This document shows positions 9,380 through 18,300 of a stretch of 64,000 bases of DNA, one piece after another (the first letter of the stretch is position 1; every line of letters starts with the position of its first letter). Origin of the DNA: Candidatus Sumerlaeales bacterium. Lineage in GTDB: Bacteria; Sumerlaeota; Sumerlaeia; Sumerlaeales; Sumerlaeaceae. Below the pieces are notes generated by a model. That model was not told where the DNA came from, ran no database searches, and saw nothing but the letters and a program-made list of their open reading frames with translations. A program made the translations under genes and the position numbers. The stretch spans positions 1-64,000 of the forward strand of contig JBBSQY010000012.1 of assembly GCA_038243585.1 (NCBI GenBank), in the 5' to 3' direction.

Positions 9380-9661
9380 TTAATCAGACGCATAGAGGTG
9401 CCAGAGGCGAGCGGCGGTTGGCTGTGGTGGGAAATATCCGGCATCCCATAGGTATGAGAATCCAAGAGCGGCGGCTGAGCCGTTTGCCGTCTGGGACATT
9501 CCTACGAGGGGCTGGCCCACGGTGGAGAACATGACTACTCCAACGCCCTGGCTGAATCCACCGCCGGAATTGATGGTGTCGGTGGCTGCGCTATAGCCGG
9601 ATCGCGGGAGTACAAGCAGAATGCCCAGGGCTACAAAAGTAAATCCGAATGCTAATCTCAT
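9380..9661 (-). CDS. Small secreted protein with SGGG...TVGQ...GF motif and Trp-containing C-terminal tail
   Basis: Signal peptide; TINSGGGFSQ...STVGQPLVG...LGFSYLW; ends PTAARLWHLYASD; AGGA SD upstream; same strand as, and upstream of, the fibre array. Confidence 0.75.
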   Translation of the reverse strand: MRLAFGFTFVALGILLVLPRSGYSAATDTINSGGGFSQGVGVVMFSTVGQPLVGMSQTANGSAAALGFSYLWDAGYFPPQPTAARLWHLYASD

Positions 9662-9823
9662 GTTTTATTCCTGATGTGGAAAGTAGAAAACAACCGTCAT
9701 TGGTTCGGACAGACGGCCATTCGGAATTCTTCTTAGCGGGATATTTTTTGGTGGCAAGCACTATCTTCAGGATTATAGTGTTTTGGGTTATAACTGGCCA
9801 AAAACGCGAATATCGATCTATGG

Positions 9824-9905
9824 CACCCTTTTAGGATGGGGGTTAAGACCCAAGGGTGTCGCTTCGCTTCCTGACACTTGGATATCTTATATGCCCTTTC
9901 GGGGC
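9824..9905. repeat. Degenerate structured intergenic repeat, copy 1
   Basis: cacccttttaggatggg..ggttaagacccaagggtgtcgcttcgct resembles 12134-12191 caccccttcagggtggg..gggttgagacccagggctgcgtcgctttgct. Confidence 0.55.
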
Positions 9906-10058
9906 GGGGTTTTCTCAGCAATCGTCGCGGAGTTTGTTCGCAATGGTACCGGATTTGGATATTGGGCCAGGTTTCTGGTCTTTCTGGATGCGCTCCAGTC
10001 TGGTCTTCATTTCTTCGAGGAACTTATCATCTCCAGTTGGGTTAACGACAGCTTGCAA

Positions 10059-11057
10059 TCAGCATTTACTCCAGAAGAAATGCACCAGATTGTCAACTTG
10101 ATCCACCCCCAGCTTCTCTGGAAAATAATTAATATAGCCACACAGTGCCGATGGCGTCAGGACTTTCGCATAGGATTTTGCGGGCTTAGGCGGCAGGCTG
10201 CTGCGGGTTGCGATTATGGTGCGAAGTTTTGTTTCCATACCGGCTTCTTTGAGCATCCTGTAGCAGAGGTAAGAGGCGCGGGCTACCTGCTTGTAGGGGT
10301 CATGGAAGTTTCCGGAGTCGGTGAAGTTCCGGCTCCAGAGTTTTACCTCGATGAGGTATACCCCCGGCGGACCAACGACGACGTAGTCAATTTGTGCCGT
10401 CTTTAAATGCTCCCCTTCGTAGTACAGGTAGCGGTTGTATTCCAGTCGCACATCGGCCAGGACGGTGAAGGAATCTGGCAGAGATTCCAAGTGGCGAAGG
10501 ACGTCGATTTCGGCAACAGCGCCGGCGTATTCTTTACTCTCTAAGGCTGCGGTCGCTCCATCTAGTTTTTTGCGGAAAGGTTGGCGGTAGGACTCCACAA
10601 GATGGTGTTGGCTGTTGATATGATTTTGGAGGATCGCTTCTGTATGGAGGGGTAGTTTTTCCAAGTCGATGGCGCGCCGGGCATGCTGCTTTTGCAGATA
10701 GAGGCGGCGCAGTTTCAAGGGTCCCCAGAGGAACCACCTCTGCATCTGGCGGGCTGTGGATATTTTACCTTCTGGACTAAGGCGCTGATCAAGCTCAGCA
10801 ATGTCGTAGGTATGTTTGGTTTGCAGAGCGGCCAGTGCGGTGACATACTCCGCACGCTTCAGCGACACCAGATCTGTCAGTTCCCGCGTGGTGAGATTGA
10901 AGGCGTCCAGAGCGTCGATTTCGCTTTGGTTCCAGTCCTTTTCCAGTTGCGGCACCAGTGCGCGTAAATCATCTGGGGTGTCGGGATATAAGCCTATACA
11001 TTTTAGCGGGGTTTGTATGTCTGTCCAGGCTCCGCTCTTGCCGTATACCTGGGCCAT
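10059..11057 (-). CDS. NERD (nuclease-related domain) protein with helical N-terminus
   Basis: GAVAE...VLADV...QIDYVVVGPPGVYLIEVKLW...DPYKQV matches the NERD PD-(D/E)xK-like pattern. Confidence 0.88.
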   Translation of the reverse strand: MAQVYGKSGAWTDIQTPLKCIGLYPDTPDDLRALVPQLEKDWNQSEIDALDAFNLTTRELTDLVSLKRAEYVTALAALQTKHTYDIAELDQRLSPEGKISTARQMQRWFLWGPLKLRRLYLQKQHARRAIDLEKLPLHTEAILQNHINSQHHLVESYRQPFRKKLDGATAALESKEYAGAVAEIDVLRHLESLPDSFTVLADVRLEYNRYLYYEGEHLKTAQIDYVVVGPPGVYLIEVKLWSRNFTDSGNFHDPYKQVARASYLCYRMLKEAGMETKLRTIIATRSSLPPKPAKSYAKVLTPSALCGYINYFPEKLGVDQVDNLVHFFWSKC

Positions 11058-11115
11058 TTAAATGCTGCCTGTTTTATATAGGAATTTTACGAAGATGATG
11101 AGCCTCAATTGCATG

Positions 11116-11823
11116 TTACAGGCTCAAATCCTTTGGCCACAGGAAGTATGGCCCGAACCTTTTAGAGTAGCGATATTCTCCGCCAGCGGCTTTGCCGGTC
11201 TCTGTGAGGGTGTGTTTGGCGGGTTCTCCTTCGAGAAATCCCTTCGCCAGCAGCTTTTCTATGAGTTCCTGAGTTTTACAACCCAGTTCTTTTGCAAGCC
11301 TGGACGTGGTGAGCTTTTCTGACTCTTCCTCTTCGGCGGCTATCAGGGCTGATTCATCGGGTTCTTTGGTCTTCTCAACAGTCTCGGCAGACAGACGAAT
11401 CTCTTCGCTTACACGGATCAGCCGCTGAGCCTCTTCATAGGTGTCTTTATACAGATCCGGCTCTTTGTCCCGCTCTACGAACACGCCCATTTCGTTGTTA
11501 TTAACCTGGCTGAATTCGTAGAGGTTCATGGAGGTGATAATTGCGGATGATTCGTTGAGGTAGCACTTTGCGTGAAGGTTCTGGCAGAAGCTGGTCCTGA
11601 CAAAATCGAGGGAGCGAAGCCACTTTATCTCCTGGGGTTGCAGTTCGCTTTTGCCGAATACCACGCGGACGTCGATCTTGAGTCGGTTTTTATCCTCGAG
11701 GAGTTCTTTCATGCGGTCGTTGAACTTGAGGAACGGGCTGATGATGATCAACCGGTCTTTTGCGCCTTTGATGAGTTCTTCGAGGAAGTAGTTTGTCGCG
11801 CTGGTATTTAGGAATTTAGCCAT
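11116..11823 (-). CDS. Phospholipase D superfamily (PLD-like nuclease) protein with a probable C-terminal DNA-binding domain
   Basis: LIIISPFL, NLHAKCYLNESSAIITSMNL (HxK motif) and NNEMG; C-terminal LTTSRLAKELG...LTETGKAAGG winged-helix-like segment. Confidence 0.85.
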   Translation of the reverse strand: MAKFLNTSATNYFLEELIKGAKDRLIIISPFLKFNDRMKELLEDKNRLKIDVRVVFGKSELQPQEIKWLRSLDFVRTSFCQNLHAKCYLNESSAIITSMNLYEFSQVNNNEMGVFVERDKEPDLYKDTYEEAQRLIRVSEEIRLSAETVEKTKEPDESALIAAEEEESEKLTTSRLAKELGCKTQELIEKLLAKGFLEGEPAKHTLTETGKAAGGEYRYSKRFGPYFLWPKDLSL

Positions 11824-12133
11824 GGCGACCATGACATACGCCCGCTGTCAAAGGGATCAAGCTTTTTTGTTTGGTAAACGCTAGCGAAGTTAATGGGGAG
11901 ATTGATGATAAAATATGATTTCGGCTGATTCCGGATTTTCGTGGGGTGGTCGCTCCGCTTGGGTTAAGGCGGTGATGAATCACCGCACTCCAGGATGTTG
12001 GTCTTGGTTGTTTGCGGGTATGTGGTAGGTGGTGGGACGGGGGTGGGTTTTGGGACTGGCGGGATTGCCTTTCGTCCTGACGCAGGCGGGGTGCTTATGC
12101 TCCTTATTTAATTTCAGAGCTTAAGTTCTATGC

Positions 12134-12229
12134 CACCCCTTCAGGGTGGGACTTGGGGTGGGGTTGAGACCCAGGGCTGCGTCGCTTTGCTCCTTACCCG
12201 GGGCTAACGTCTGGGACCACTCCGTGGTC
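12134..12229. repeat. Degenerate structured intergenic repeat, copy 2
   Basis: Similar to 9824-9905; contains self-complementary segments (acccc ttca gggt, gaccac tcc gtggtc). Confidence 0.55.
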
Positions 12230-12385
12230 GGGTGGAAGTTATCTATTGTGCTTTGCGGGAAACCCCACACAGGAAATGAATTCATTCCTACATAGGAATG
12301 TTGGAATAATGGTGTAGGGCATAGCAAACACTTTTTGGCCGGCGGGATATGATGGCCAAAATTACTATTGTGGCCGGGAGTTGAG

Positions 12386-12640
12386 ATGGAAGATGATCGT
12401 AAGCAACAAATCAAAGATGCAAATACCATGCTTGGTGCTGGTGCGGGTCTGGCTACTTTCGGGGCGGGCAGTGCCATGTTGTTAGGGTCTGTCTGCCCGT
12501 TATGTATAATTGCTGCTCCTGTGCTGGTTGGCATTGGGGTGGTGGGCAGGATCAGGGCTGGTAAACAGCAAAAGGCAGTTGAGGGCGATAATGACTTAAG
12601 TGAGGAGCGAGCCGATGCCGTCAGTTACGAACCGAACTGA
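12386..12640 (+). CDS. Small membrane protein with CPLC motif
   Basis: GGGAG SD before ATG 12386; two hydrophobic segments around SVCPLCII. Confidence 0.7.
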   Translation: MEDDRKQQIKDANTMLGAGAGLATFGAGSAMLLGSVCPLCIIAAPVLVGIGVVGRIRAGKQQKAVEGDNDLSEERADAVSYEPN

Positions 12641-12788
12641 ATCAGTTACAAACCGAACTGAAGATGAGAAGAATAACGGGGATTGTAGCACCCACGGATC
12701 ATGTTCAAGTAAGTGGCGATGCCCGCCGTGTGTCATGATCTGGAGCATCTATGTTGTCGCTGCTTTGCTCTATTTTTTGTTTAAATGA
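12600..12788 (+). CDS. Small Cys-rich membrane peptide (start uncertain)
   Basis: CSTHGSC..WRCPPC followed by a hydrophobic C-terminal helix; overlaps the previous gene. Confidence 0.45.
   Translation: MRSEPMPSVTNRTESVTNRTEDEKNNGDCSTHGSCSSKWRCPPCVMIWSIYVVAALLYFLFK
12621..12662. repeat. 21-bp tandem duplication; each unit is a TCAGTT-N8-AACTGA palindrome
   Basis: tcagttacgaaccgaactgaa / tcagttacaaaccgaactgaa, one mismatch. Confidence 0.9.
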
Positions 12789-12799
12789 GGCAAAAGCGG

Positions 12800-13153
12800 T
12801 TAGAGGATTCCAGCGGACCGGCTTAGTGCCTGGTGATGACGGCGGACTCCGGCGCAGACCAGATCGCAGACCTCGAACACGGTGTCGTCTTTAATAAAGT
12901 AGAATACCTGGGTTCCGGCTTTGCGCGAGCCAACTATGCCGGTCTGTTTTAAAACGGACAGGTGTTTAGAGGTGATTGGCTGATTCTGCTGCAGGTTGGC
13001 AGCCAGATCATTTACACTCATCTCGCCGGCTTCCCGAAGTGATATCATGATTCGCAGGCGGGTCTCGTCGGCAAGTGCCCGTAGTCTTTCAACGGCAAGA
13101 CTGATTATCTCTGGGGTGAGTTCTTTGGGCATAGCATAAGGCTCTATTCCCAT
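12800..13153 (-). CDS. ArsR/SmtB family transcriptional regulator (start may be 13132)
   Basis: LRALADETRLRI...MSVNDLA...ITSKHLSVLKQTGIV..RKAGTQVFY; C-terminal CDLVC; divergent from the sulfur genes. Confidence 0.93.
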   Translation of the reverse strand: MGIEPYAMPKELTPEIISLAVERLRALADETRLRIMISLREAGEMSVNDLAANLQQNQPITSKHLSVLKQTGIVGSRKAGTQVFYFIKDDTVFEVCDLVCAGVRRHHQALSRSAGIL

Positions 13154-13261
13154 ACAGGAATATATTCTATTGTTATGGTCGTCTATGGCTCGGCGTTGGA
13201 ATAACTATTGCGTCTTTTCAGGTCAAAATTATCATCATTATAAAATAGGTGGATTCGAAAA

Positions 13262-13720
13262 ATGGACGTTAAAGAAATCAGCGATACCGTATCAGTCGGC
13301 TCTCAGCCCACTGAGCAGGATTTGGATAATCTGGCGGAGCAGGGATTTAAATCCATAGTTAACCTTCGCACTGACGAGGAAGAAGATCAGCCACTACGTC
13401 CTGATGCTGAGGGTGATCTGGTCAGGTCGAAGGGCCTGGAGTATCGTAATATTCCAGTGTCTATGAAGAACATGGAACCGGCCCTGGTCGACAAGTTCCG
13501 CAACGATTTGGCTAGCCTGCCGACCCCGACCTATGTTCACTGTTTAAGCGGACAGAGGGCCGGAGCTTTTGTTATGATGGACCAGGGGATTCGCAAAAAC
13601 ATGAGCGGAAGTGACGTTCTTGAGCAGGCTAAAAAGATGGGTTTTGAGTGTGATAAGCCGGAGCTGAAACAGTTTGTGACTCAGTATGTGGACTCACACA
13701 GTAAGAGTACTAAGGGCTAA
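13262..13720 (+). CDS. DUF442 / Blh-type phosphatase-fold sulfurtransferase
   Basis: SVGSQP...GFKSIVNLRTDEE...YVHCLSGQRA (CxxGxR loop). Confidence 0.88.
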   Translation: MDVKEISDTVSVGSQPTEQDLDNLAEQGFKSIVNLRTDEEEDQPLRPDAEGDLVRSKGLEYRNIPVSMKNMEPALVDKFRNDLASLPTPTYVHCLSGQRAGAFVMMDQGIRKNMSGSDVLEQAKKMGFECDKPELKQFVTQYVDSHSKSTKG

Positions 13721-13740
13721 GGGGCAGAAAGGACCGTTGC

Positions 13741-15147
13741 ATGTTTCTGGAAACCATAGAATCCAAAGGACTGGCACACATCTCATACATCCTTGGCGAT
13801 GATGATGTGGGAGTAGCCGTGGTTATCGATCCCCGCCGCGACATTGATGTGTATCTGGAGCGCTGTCGCAGCCATGGTGTCAGGGTGACTCATATCCTTG
13901 AAACTCATATCCATGCGGATTTTGTTTCTGGGAGTACAGAACTGGCGGCTGTGACTGGGGCGGAAATTGTTGGGGGTGCAAGTGATGATTATGGTTTTCC
14001 GATCAGGCAGGTCAAGGAAGGCGAAGAGATAAAAGTCGGGCCCAAGATTACGATTCGGGTGTTTGAGACTCCGGGCCATACGCCGGAACACGTTTCCTAC
14101 CTGGTTAGTGGCGGTCGGGGTTCGAAGGGACCATGGGGGCTGTTTACGGGGGATACGCTTTTCGCAGGTGAGGTGGGGCGGCCGGATCTTCTGGGGTCTG
14201 ACCAGGTAGAGGACCTGGCAAAACAGTTGTATCATACTCTCTTCGATAAGTTGCTGAAGCTGGGGGATGAGGTCGAGATTTATCCGGCACACGGAAAAGG
14301 CTCGCCTTGCGGAGGCAACATTGGCGACCGGCTTACGAGCACTATTGGTTATGAGCGCCTGCATAACCCCAAGTTCACGGCTAAAAGCGAAAGCGAATTT
14401 GTGGAGATGGTGCTGAAAGATCTGCCACCGGCGCCGTCATACTATCCGCGTATGAAAAAGGTTAATGCGAAGGGACCATCACCGCTTCGCTGCATTCCTA
14501 CTATTCAACCAATGGAACCGGATGATGTTGATGCAGCGCAGTCGGACTCGACGGTCCTGGTTTTGGATACGCGAGAGATAGAAGGGTTTGCAGGGGCCCA
14601 TATTCCCGGGTCCATGAACATTGCATTGCGAGACGAATTCCCGGTGTGGTCCGGTTGGATGCTTGAACCGAATCAGAAGATTCTTCTGGTTCTTGAGCGA
14701 CATAGTGACCTTGACGCCGTTCAGCGGCATTTACTGCGGATTGGTATCGAAAACATTATCGGCTTTATTCGGCTGGGCATACGTGGCTGGATCGAGGCAG
14801 GTCGACATTTTGACCATATTGATAACGTTAGTGTCCACGAACTTCATGAGCAACTTAAGAACGGGGCAGATGGGCTTCAGCTTTTAGATGTGCGTGCAGA
14901 GTCCGAATGGAACTCGGGGAAAATTGCGTCTGCTAAACATGCTTACCTGGGACATCTTGACGAGGAACTCGGAAGCCAGCTGGATCCGGATAAGCCGGTT
15001 TTGACCTATTGCGGATCTGGATACAGGGCCAGCATTGCCGCCAGCGTTCTTCAGCGTAAAGGATATAAAGACGTAAGGAATCTGCCGGGAAGTATGAAAG
15101 CGTGGAAAGCCGCCGGATTTTCTACTGTTGATCCTGCTGAAAACTAA
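13741..15147 (+). CDS. MBL-fold persulfide dioxygenase fused to two rhodanese domains (CstB-like)
   Basis: THIHADFVSG, TPGHTPEH, FTGDTLF and YPAHG; rhodanese motifs LDTR..AHIPGS and LDVR...YCGSGYRAS. Confidence 0.93.
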   Translation: MFLETIESKGLAHISYILGDDDVGVAVVIDPRRDIDVYLERCRSHGVRVTHILETHIHADFVSGSTELAAVTGAEIVGGASDDYGFPIRQVKEGEEIKVGPKITIRVFETPGHTPEHVSYLVSGGRGSKGPWGLFTGDTLFAGEVGRPDLLGSDQVEDLAKQLYHTLFDKLLKLGDEVEIYPAHGKGSPCGGNIGDRLTSTIGYERLHNPKFTAKSESEFVEMVLKDLPPAPSYYPRMKKVNAKGPSPLRCIPTIQPMEPDDVDAAQSDSTVLVLDTREIEGFAGAHIPGSMNIALRDEFPVWSGWMLEPNQKILLVLERHSDLDAVQRHLLRIGIENIIGFIRLGIRGWIEAGRHFDHIDNVSVHELHEQLKNGADGLQLLDVRAESEWNSGKIASAKHAYLGHLDEELGSQLDPDKPVLTYCGSGYRASIAASVLQRKGYKDVRNLPGSMKAWKAAGFSTVDPAEN

Positions 15148-15153
15148 AAGCGG

Positions 15154-15990
15154 TTGGAAGTACTCACAACAATAATTTACGGCATCATCGTCGGGCTATC
15201 TCTAGGGATGACCGGCGGTGGTGGTTCTATTTTGGCAGTGCCAATGCTTGTGTATGGTGTACACCTGGCCCCAAATGAAGCGGCGCTGGTTTCGCTGGTG
15301 GCTGTTGGCGGGGTGGCGCTTGTCGGCGCGGGTCGCAAACTTAGAAGCGGCGAAGTGGAATGGACGGCAGGTACGGCGCTTGGCGTCGGTGGGGTCTTGG
15401 GCGCGCCAGTGGGAATTTGGGTGTCTCAGTTTCTGCCTTCACGCATAATGCTATTGATCTTTGCCGCAATTATGGTTGTGGTGGCCGCCGCCATGTGGAT
15501 GCGCGCCAGCTGCGAGCGCGAAGACGCAACGGAATATCGAGACGCCGCCTTTACCCAGAATGACAGCGCCAGGCAGGGCGCCACCTGTAAAATCCACCCT
15601 TCGGGTAAGCTTGTCATAACCAGCCGGTGCCTGATGGTTATTGGAGTCATCGGAATGGCGACCGGTGTGATGTCAGGCATATTCGGGGTGGGTGGCGGCT
15701 TTATTATCGTCCCCGCTCTCACCATGTTTGCCGGATTAAGTATTCGACGTGCAGTGGCAACCTCCATGCTGGCCGTGGGTATGGTAAGTTTTGCAGGAGT
15801 ATCGAGTGGCTTGTTGGCTGGAAGGAGCATCCCTATCCTGCCAACCTCCCTTTTCGCAGCCGGCGGCGTGGCAGGTCTGCTCGCAGGAATTGCGATAGGT
15901 GCCCGCCTGCCAGCGGCTGTAATACAGAAAATATTTGCGGGAGTTATAGCCGTTGTCGCCGTCTATGTGGCTATTCGAGCTGCTGCATAA
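15154..15990 (+). CDS. Sulfite exporter TauE/SafE family protein
   Basis: GMTGGGGSILAVP and SGIFGVGGGFIIVP repeats, AVATS, multiple TM helices; TTG start. Confidence 0.93.
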   Translation: MEVLTTIIYGIIVGLSLGMTGGGGSILAVPMLVYGVHLAPNEAALVSLVAVGGVALVGAGRKLRSGEVEWTAGTALGVGGVLGAPVGIWVSQFLPSRIMLLIFAAIMVVVAAAMWMRASCEREDATEYRDAAFTQNDSARQGATCKIHPSGKLVITSRCLMVIGVIGMATGVMSGIFGVGGGFIIVPALTMFAGLSIRRAVATSMLAVGMVSFAGVSSGLLAGRSIPILPTSLFAAGGVAGLLAGIAIGARLPAAVIQKIFAGVIAVVAVYVAIRAAA

Positions 15991-16067
15991 TTCGACGCGT
16001 AAAGCAGTCCCCTTGAGCGCTTATTTCATATGGGGCAGGCACGCTGCGGATTTGGTTGTGTTCATTT

Positions 16068-17276
16068 TTAATGGTTTCCGCCGTGGCCGCCGTCACTTAC
16101 GGGATATGTGTTTCGCATGCTGTCCCGATCACTTTTTTGTTCCCAGATCGCACCCCAGTCGGTGGGATCGGTTGCTGCCATAATTTCCATGTAATCGCTC
16201 ACGTCCTGAGCCAGCAGTGGATCGGGCGTGGGTAGGCGTTGGAGGTAGCTTGCGGCGTCGCCACGGGCTGCTTTCGCAATTTGGGTTATTATGTGTCGCC
16301 GGGTATCCAGATTTGTTTCCACCTGGTAGCCTGCCTCCAGGGCGGTGATTACGGCGTCGTGATTTTCGGGGGTGGCCCCGCTACCCAGCGCTACGGCCGC
16401 CAGAGATCGGTTTCCTGCGACTGTCTCTCCCTGTAGCGCGTCAGTCATGGCTTCAAACACTCTTGGCGTGAGGGGGGCGTTGCTGTTCCCGATGGTCTGG
16501 ATGACGACACCACGCACGAACGGATGGTCTGTTGCTTCGCGGGCACCCAGCAGGGCCTCGGTAATAGTCTCTGCCAATTCCGGCGAGTGATTCATCCATT
16601 GCCCCATAAGATCGACCGCAGCGCCTCTAAGTTCTGGCGACGGGGCGGATTGTGCGAATTCCGTCATCTGAAGCCGTAGCGCGTCCGGGACTTTCCGCAT
16701 GTAACCGAGGGCTAACATGGCCGCCTGGCGACGATCGAAATTTGAATCGTTGAAGATAATGTCTGCAAGGGATTCGTATGGAAAATCCTCGCCGATAGCT
16801 GCGGCGGCCTCGCCTAATGACTGGGCGATCAGAATCATTAACTGGGGATCCTGCTCCTCGCGCAGAAGGTCGATTACGCTGGTGGTGGAACCCTGTTCAT
16901 TTACCAGATGCTGGGTCAGACTGGTGAGGGAATCGATCAGATTTTTTTCGGCTTCGGCGGTTCGGCGGTTGTTGACCTCGGCAAACTCTGCTGCCTCGGA
17001 TTCGGACAGCATCAGGGTTGCGCTGAGGTTTTCTTCGACGACCAGATGGGATTTGCGAAGCGCATTTACGCGGCCGGCGGCAGCCGTTCCGGGCGAAACA
17101 TTAAGTTGGCTTATTTTGGTTAATGTTTCGGGGTTTTCCAGATTTGGCGCGCCCACGGTTTCTCTGTTGAAAATACGTGCGGCACCGCCGGTGCCGTCTG
17201 TTGTTTTACTTGCGAGGTAAACCAGCGCAATACAGACTGCGACGGCAGAGAAAATCAGCAATGGACGGAGTTTCAT
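16068..17276 (-). CDS. Membrane-anchored HEAT-repeat-like protein
   Basis: N-terminal hydrophobic anchor; repeats RRQAAMLALG, LRGAAVDLMG, VRGVVIQTIG and NRSLAAVALG. Confidence 0.75.
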   Translation of the reverse strand: MKLRPLLIFSAVAVCIALVYLASKTTDGTGGAARIFNRETVGAPNLENPETLTKISQLNVSPGTAAAGRVNALRKSHLVVEENLSATLMLSESEAAEFAEVNNRRTAEAEKNLIDSLTSLTQHLVNEQGSTTSVIDLLREEQDPQLMILIAQSLGEAAAAIGEDFPYESLADIIFNDSNFDRRQAAMLALGYMRKVPDALRLQMTEFAQSAPSPELRGAAVDLMGQWMNHSPELAETITEALLGAREATDHPFVRGVVIQTIGNSNAPLTPRVFEAMTDALQGETVAGNRSLAAVALGSGATPENHDAVITALEAGYQVETNLDTRRHIITQIAKAARGDAASYLQRLPTPDPLLAQDVSDYMEIMAATDPTDWGAIWEQKSDRDSMRNTYPVSDGGHGGNH

Positions 17277-17334
17277 TCAACAGCCCCCTTAGGCTAAGAC
17301 CTTGGTCGACGCGAAAGCTTTCGCGGTTAAGATA

Positions 17335-17378
17335 AAGAAAACGTCGGGACGACAGGCTAACAGCCGATCGCCCCGACG
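17335..17378 (-). terminator. Probable intrinsic terminator after the M23 gene
   Basis: Hairpin cgtcggg...cccgacg followed on the minus strand by ttttcttt. Confidence 0.6.
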
Positions 17379-17397
17379 GAATTATCAGAACAGTTGC

Positions 17398-18300
17398 TTA
17401 TTTTACGTATTTAATTGCGTCGGCCACCACGACATAACCACCGGCGGCCCAACAGGACAGTTGCGTTGTTGAACTTCCGCTGAGATACTTGGTGCCGAGC
17501 AGATTCCAACGACCACCGTTATTCTGTTGATTGGCCGTTACGCTGGAGCCGTCTGGCAAGATGTATGGCGCGCCAGACGACCGGTTTGTTCCGGCGGTCC
17601 ACCAGCCATATATTTTGTAAGTGCCGGCAGTCAGGCTTGCGGTCCAGCTGGCTGGTTCACTAACAGGTGCCGTGGCGTGAAAGCGGTAGTTTGAGCCGTA
17701 TTTGTCTGCGGCGGAAGTGCCCGTTGACCAGCTTCCTACAACGCTGAAGCCGGAGCTGGTGTTATCGACCACAACAGAGACGGCGGCGATGTCGTTCAGT
17801 CCGGGATATTCTTTCGGAACCTCCGTATTGCGGGTCACGTAGCTGTTGGTCGCGCCTGGTACGAGCTGGGCCACGCCGTCTTTACGCACTTCGAAGTGAA
17901 GATGCGCGCCTGTGGTGCAGCTACCTGTATTTCCGGAGCGGGCTGCGCTCACATTGCGTGTTACCGCGGTTCCAACGCCGAGAATGGCGCTGCTGCTATG
18001 GAGAAACCTGGTTTCCCATCCGCCACCGTAGCCAATTTTGTAAATGTTCCCGCCGCAACTGCTATAGGCGTAGGAAGTAACTGTGCCGTTGCCGGGCGAA
18101 CCCAACACGGTTCCGCTGGGCACTGCTATATCGATGCCGTAGTGATAGTTGGAGCAGCCGCTACATGGCGAACTTCTTGGGCCAAACGGGCTGCTGACGC
18201 GTCCGCTGCAGGGCCAGACAATGCGTCCGGCTTCAAGAGTGGCAGGTGCCAGGACTGTAAACAAGATTGCGCCACAAAGTAATATCCGAGTTGTCGACAT
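17398..18300 (-). CDS. Secreted M23 metallopeptidase with C-terminal golvesin/Xly CBD-like domain
   Basis: Signal peptide; HYGID (HxxxD) and GAHLHFEV (HxH); C-terminal VVVDN...W...YGSNY...NQQNNGGRW.LLG...VVADAIKY. Confidence 0.9.
   Translation of the reverse strand: MSTTRILLCGAILFTVLAPATLEAGRIVWPCSGRVSSPFGPRSSPCSGCSNYHYGIDIAVPSGTVLGSPGNGTVTSYAYSSCGGNIYKIGYGGGWETRFLHSSSAILGVGTAVTRNVSAARSGNTGSCTTGAHLHFEVRKDGVAQLVPGATNSYVTRNTEVPKEYPGLNDIAAVSVVVDNTSSGFSVVGSWSTGTSAADKYGSNYRFHATAPVSEPASWTASLTAGTYKIYGWWTAGTNRSSGAPYILPDGSSVTANQQNNGGRWNLLGTKYLSGSSTTQLSCWAAGGYVVVADAIKYVK

Noticed and set aside
12621..12662. CRISPR array
   Set aside because: Only two abutting units, no spacers and no cas genes.
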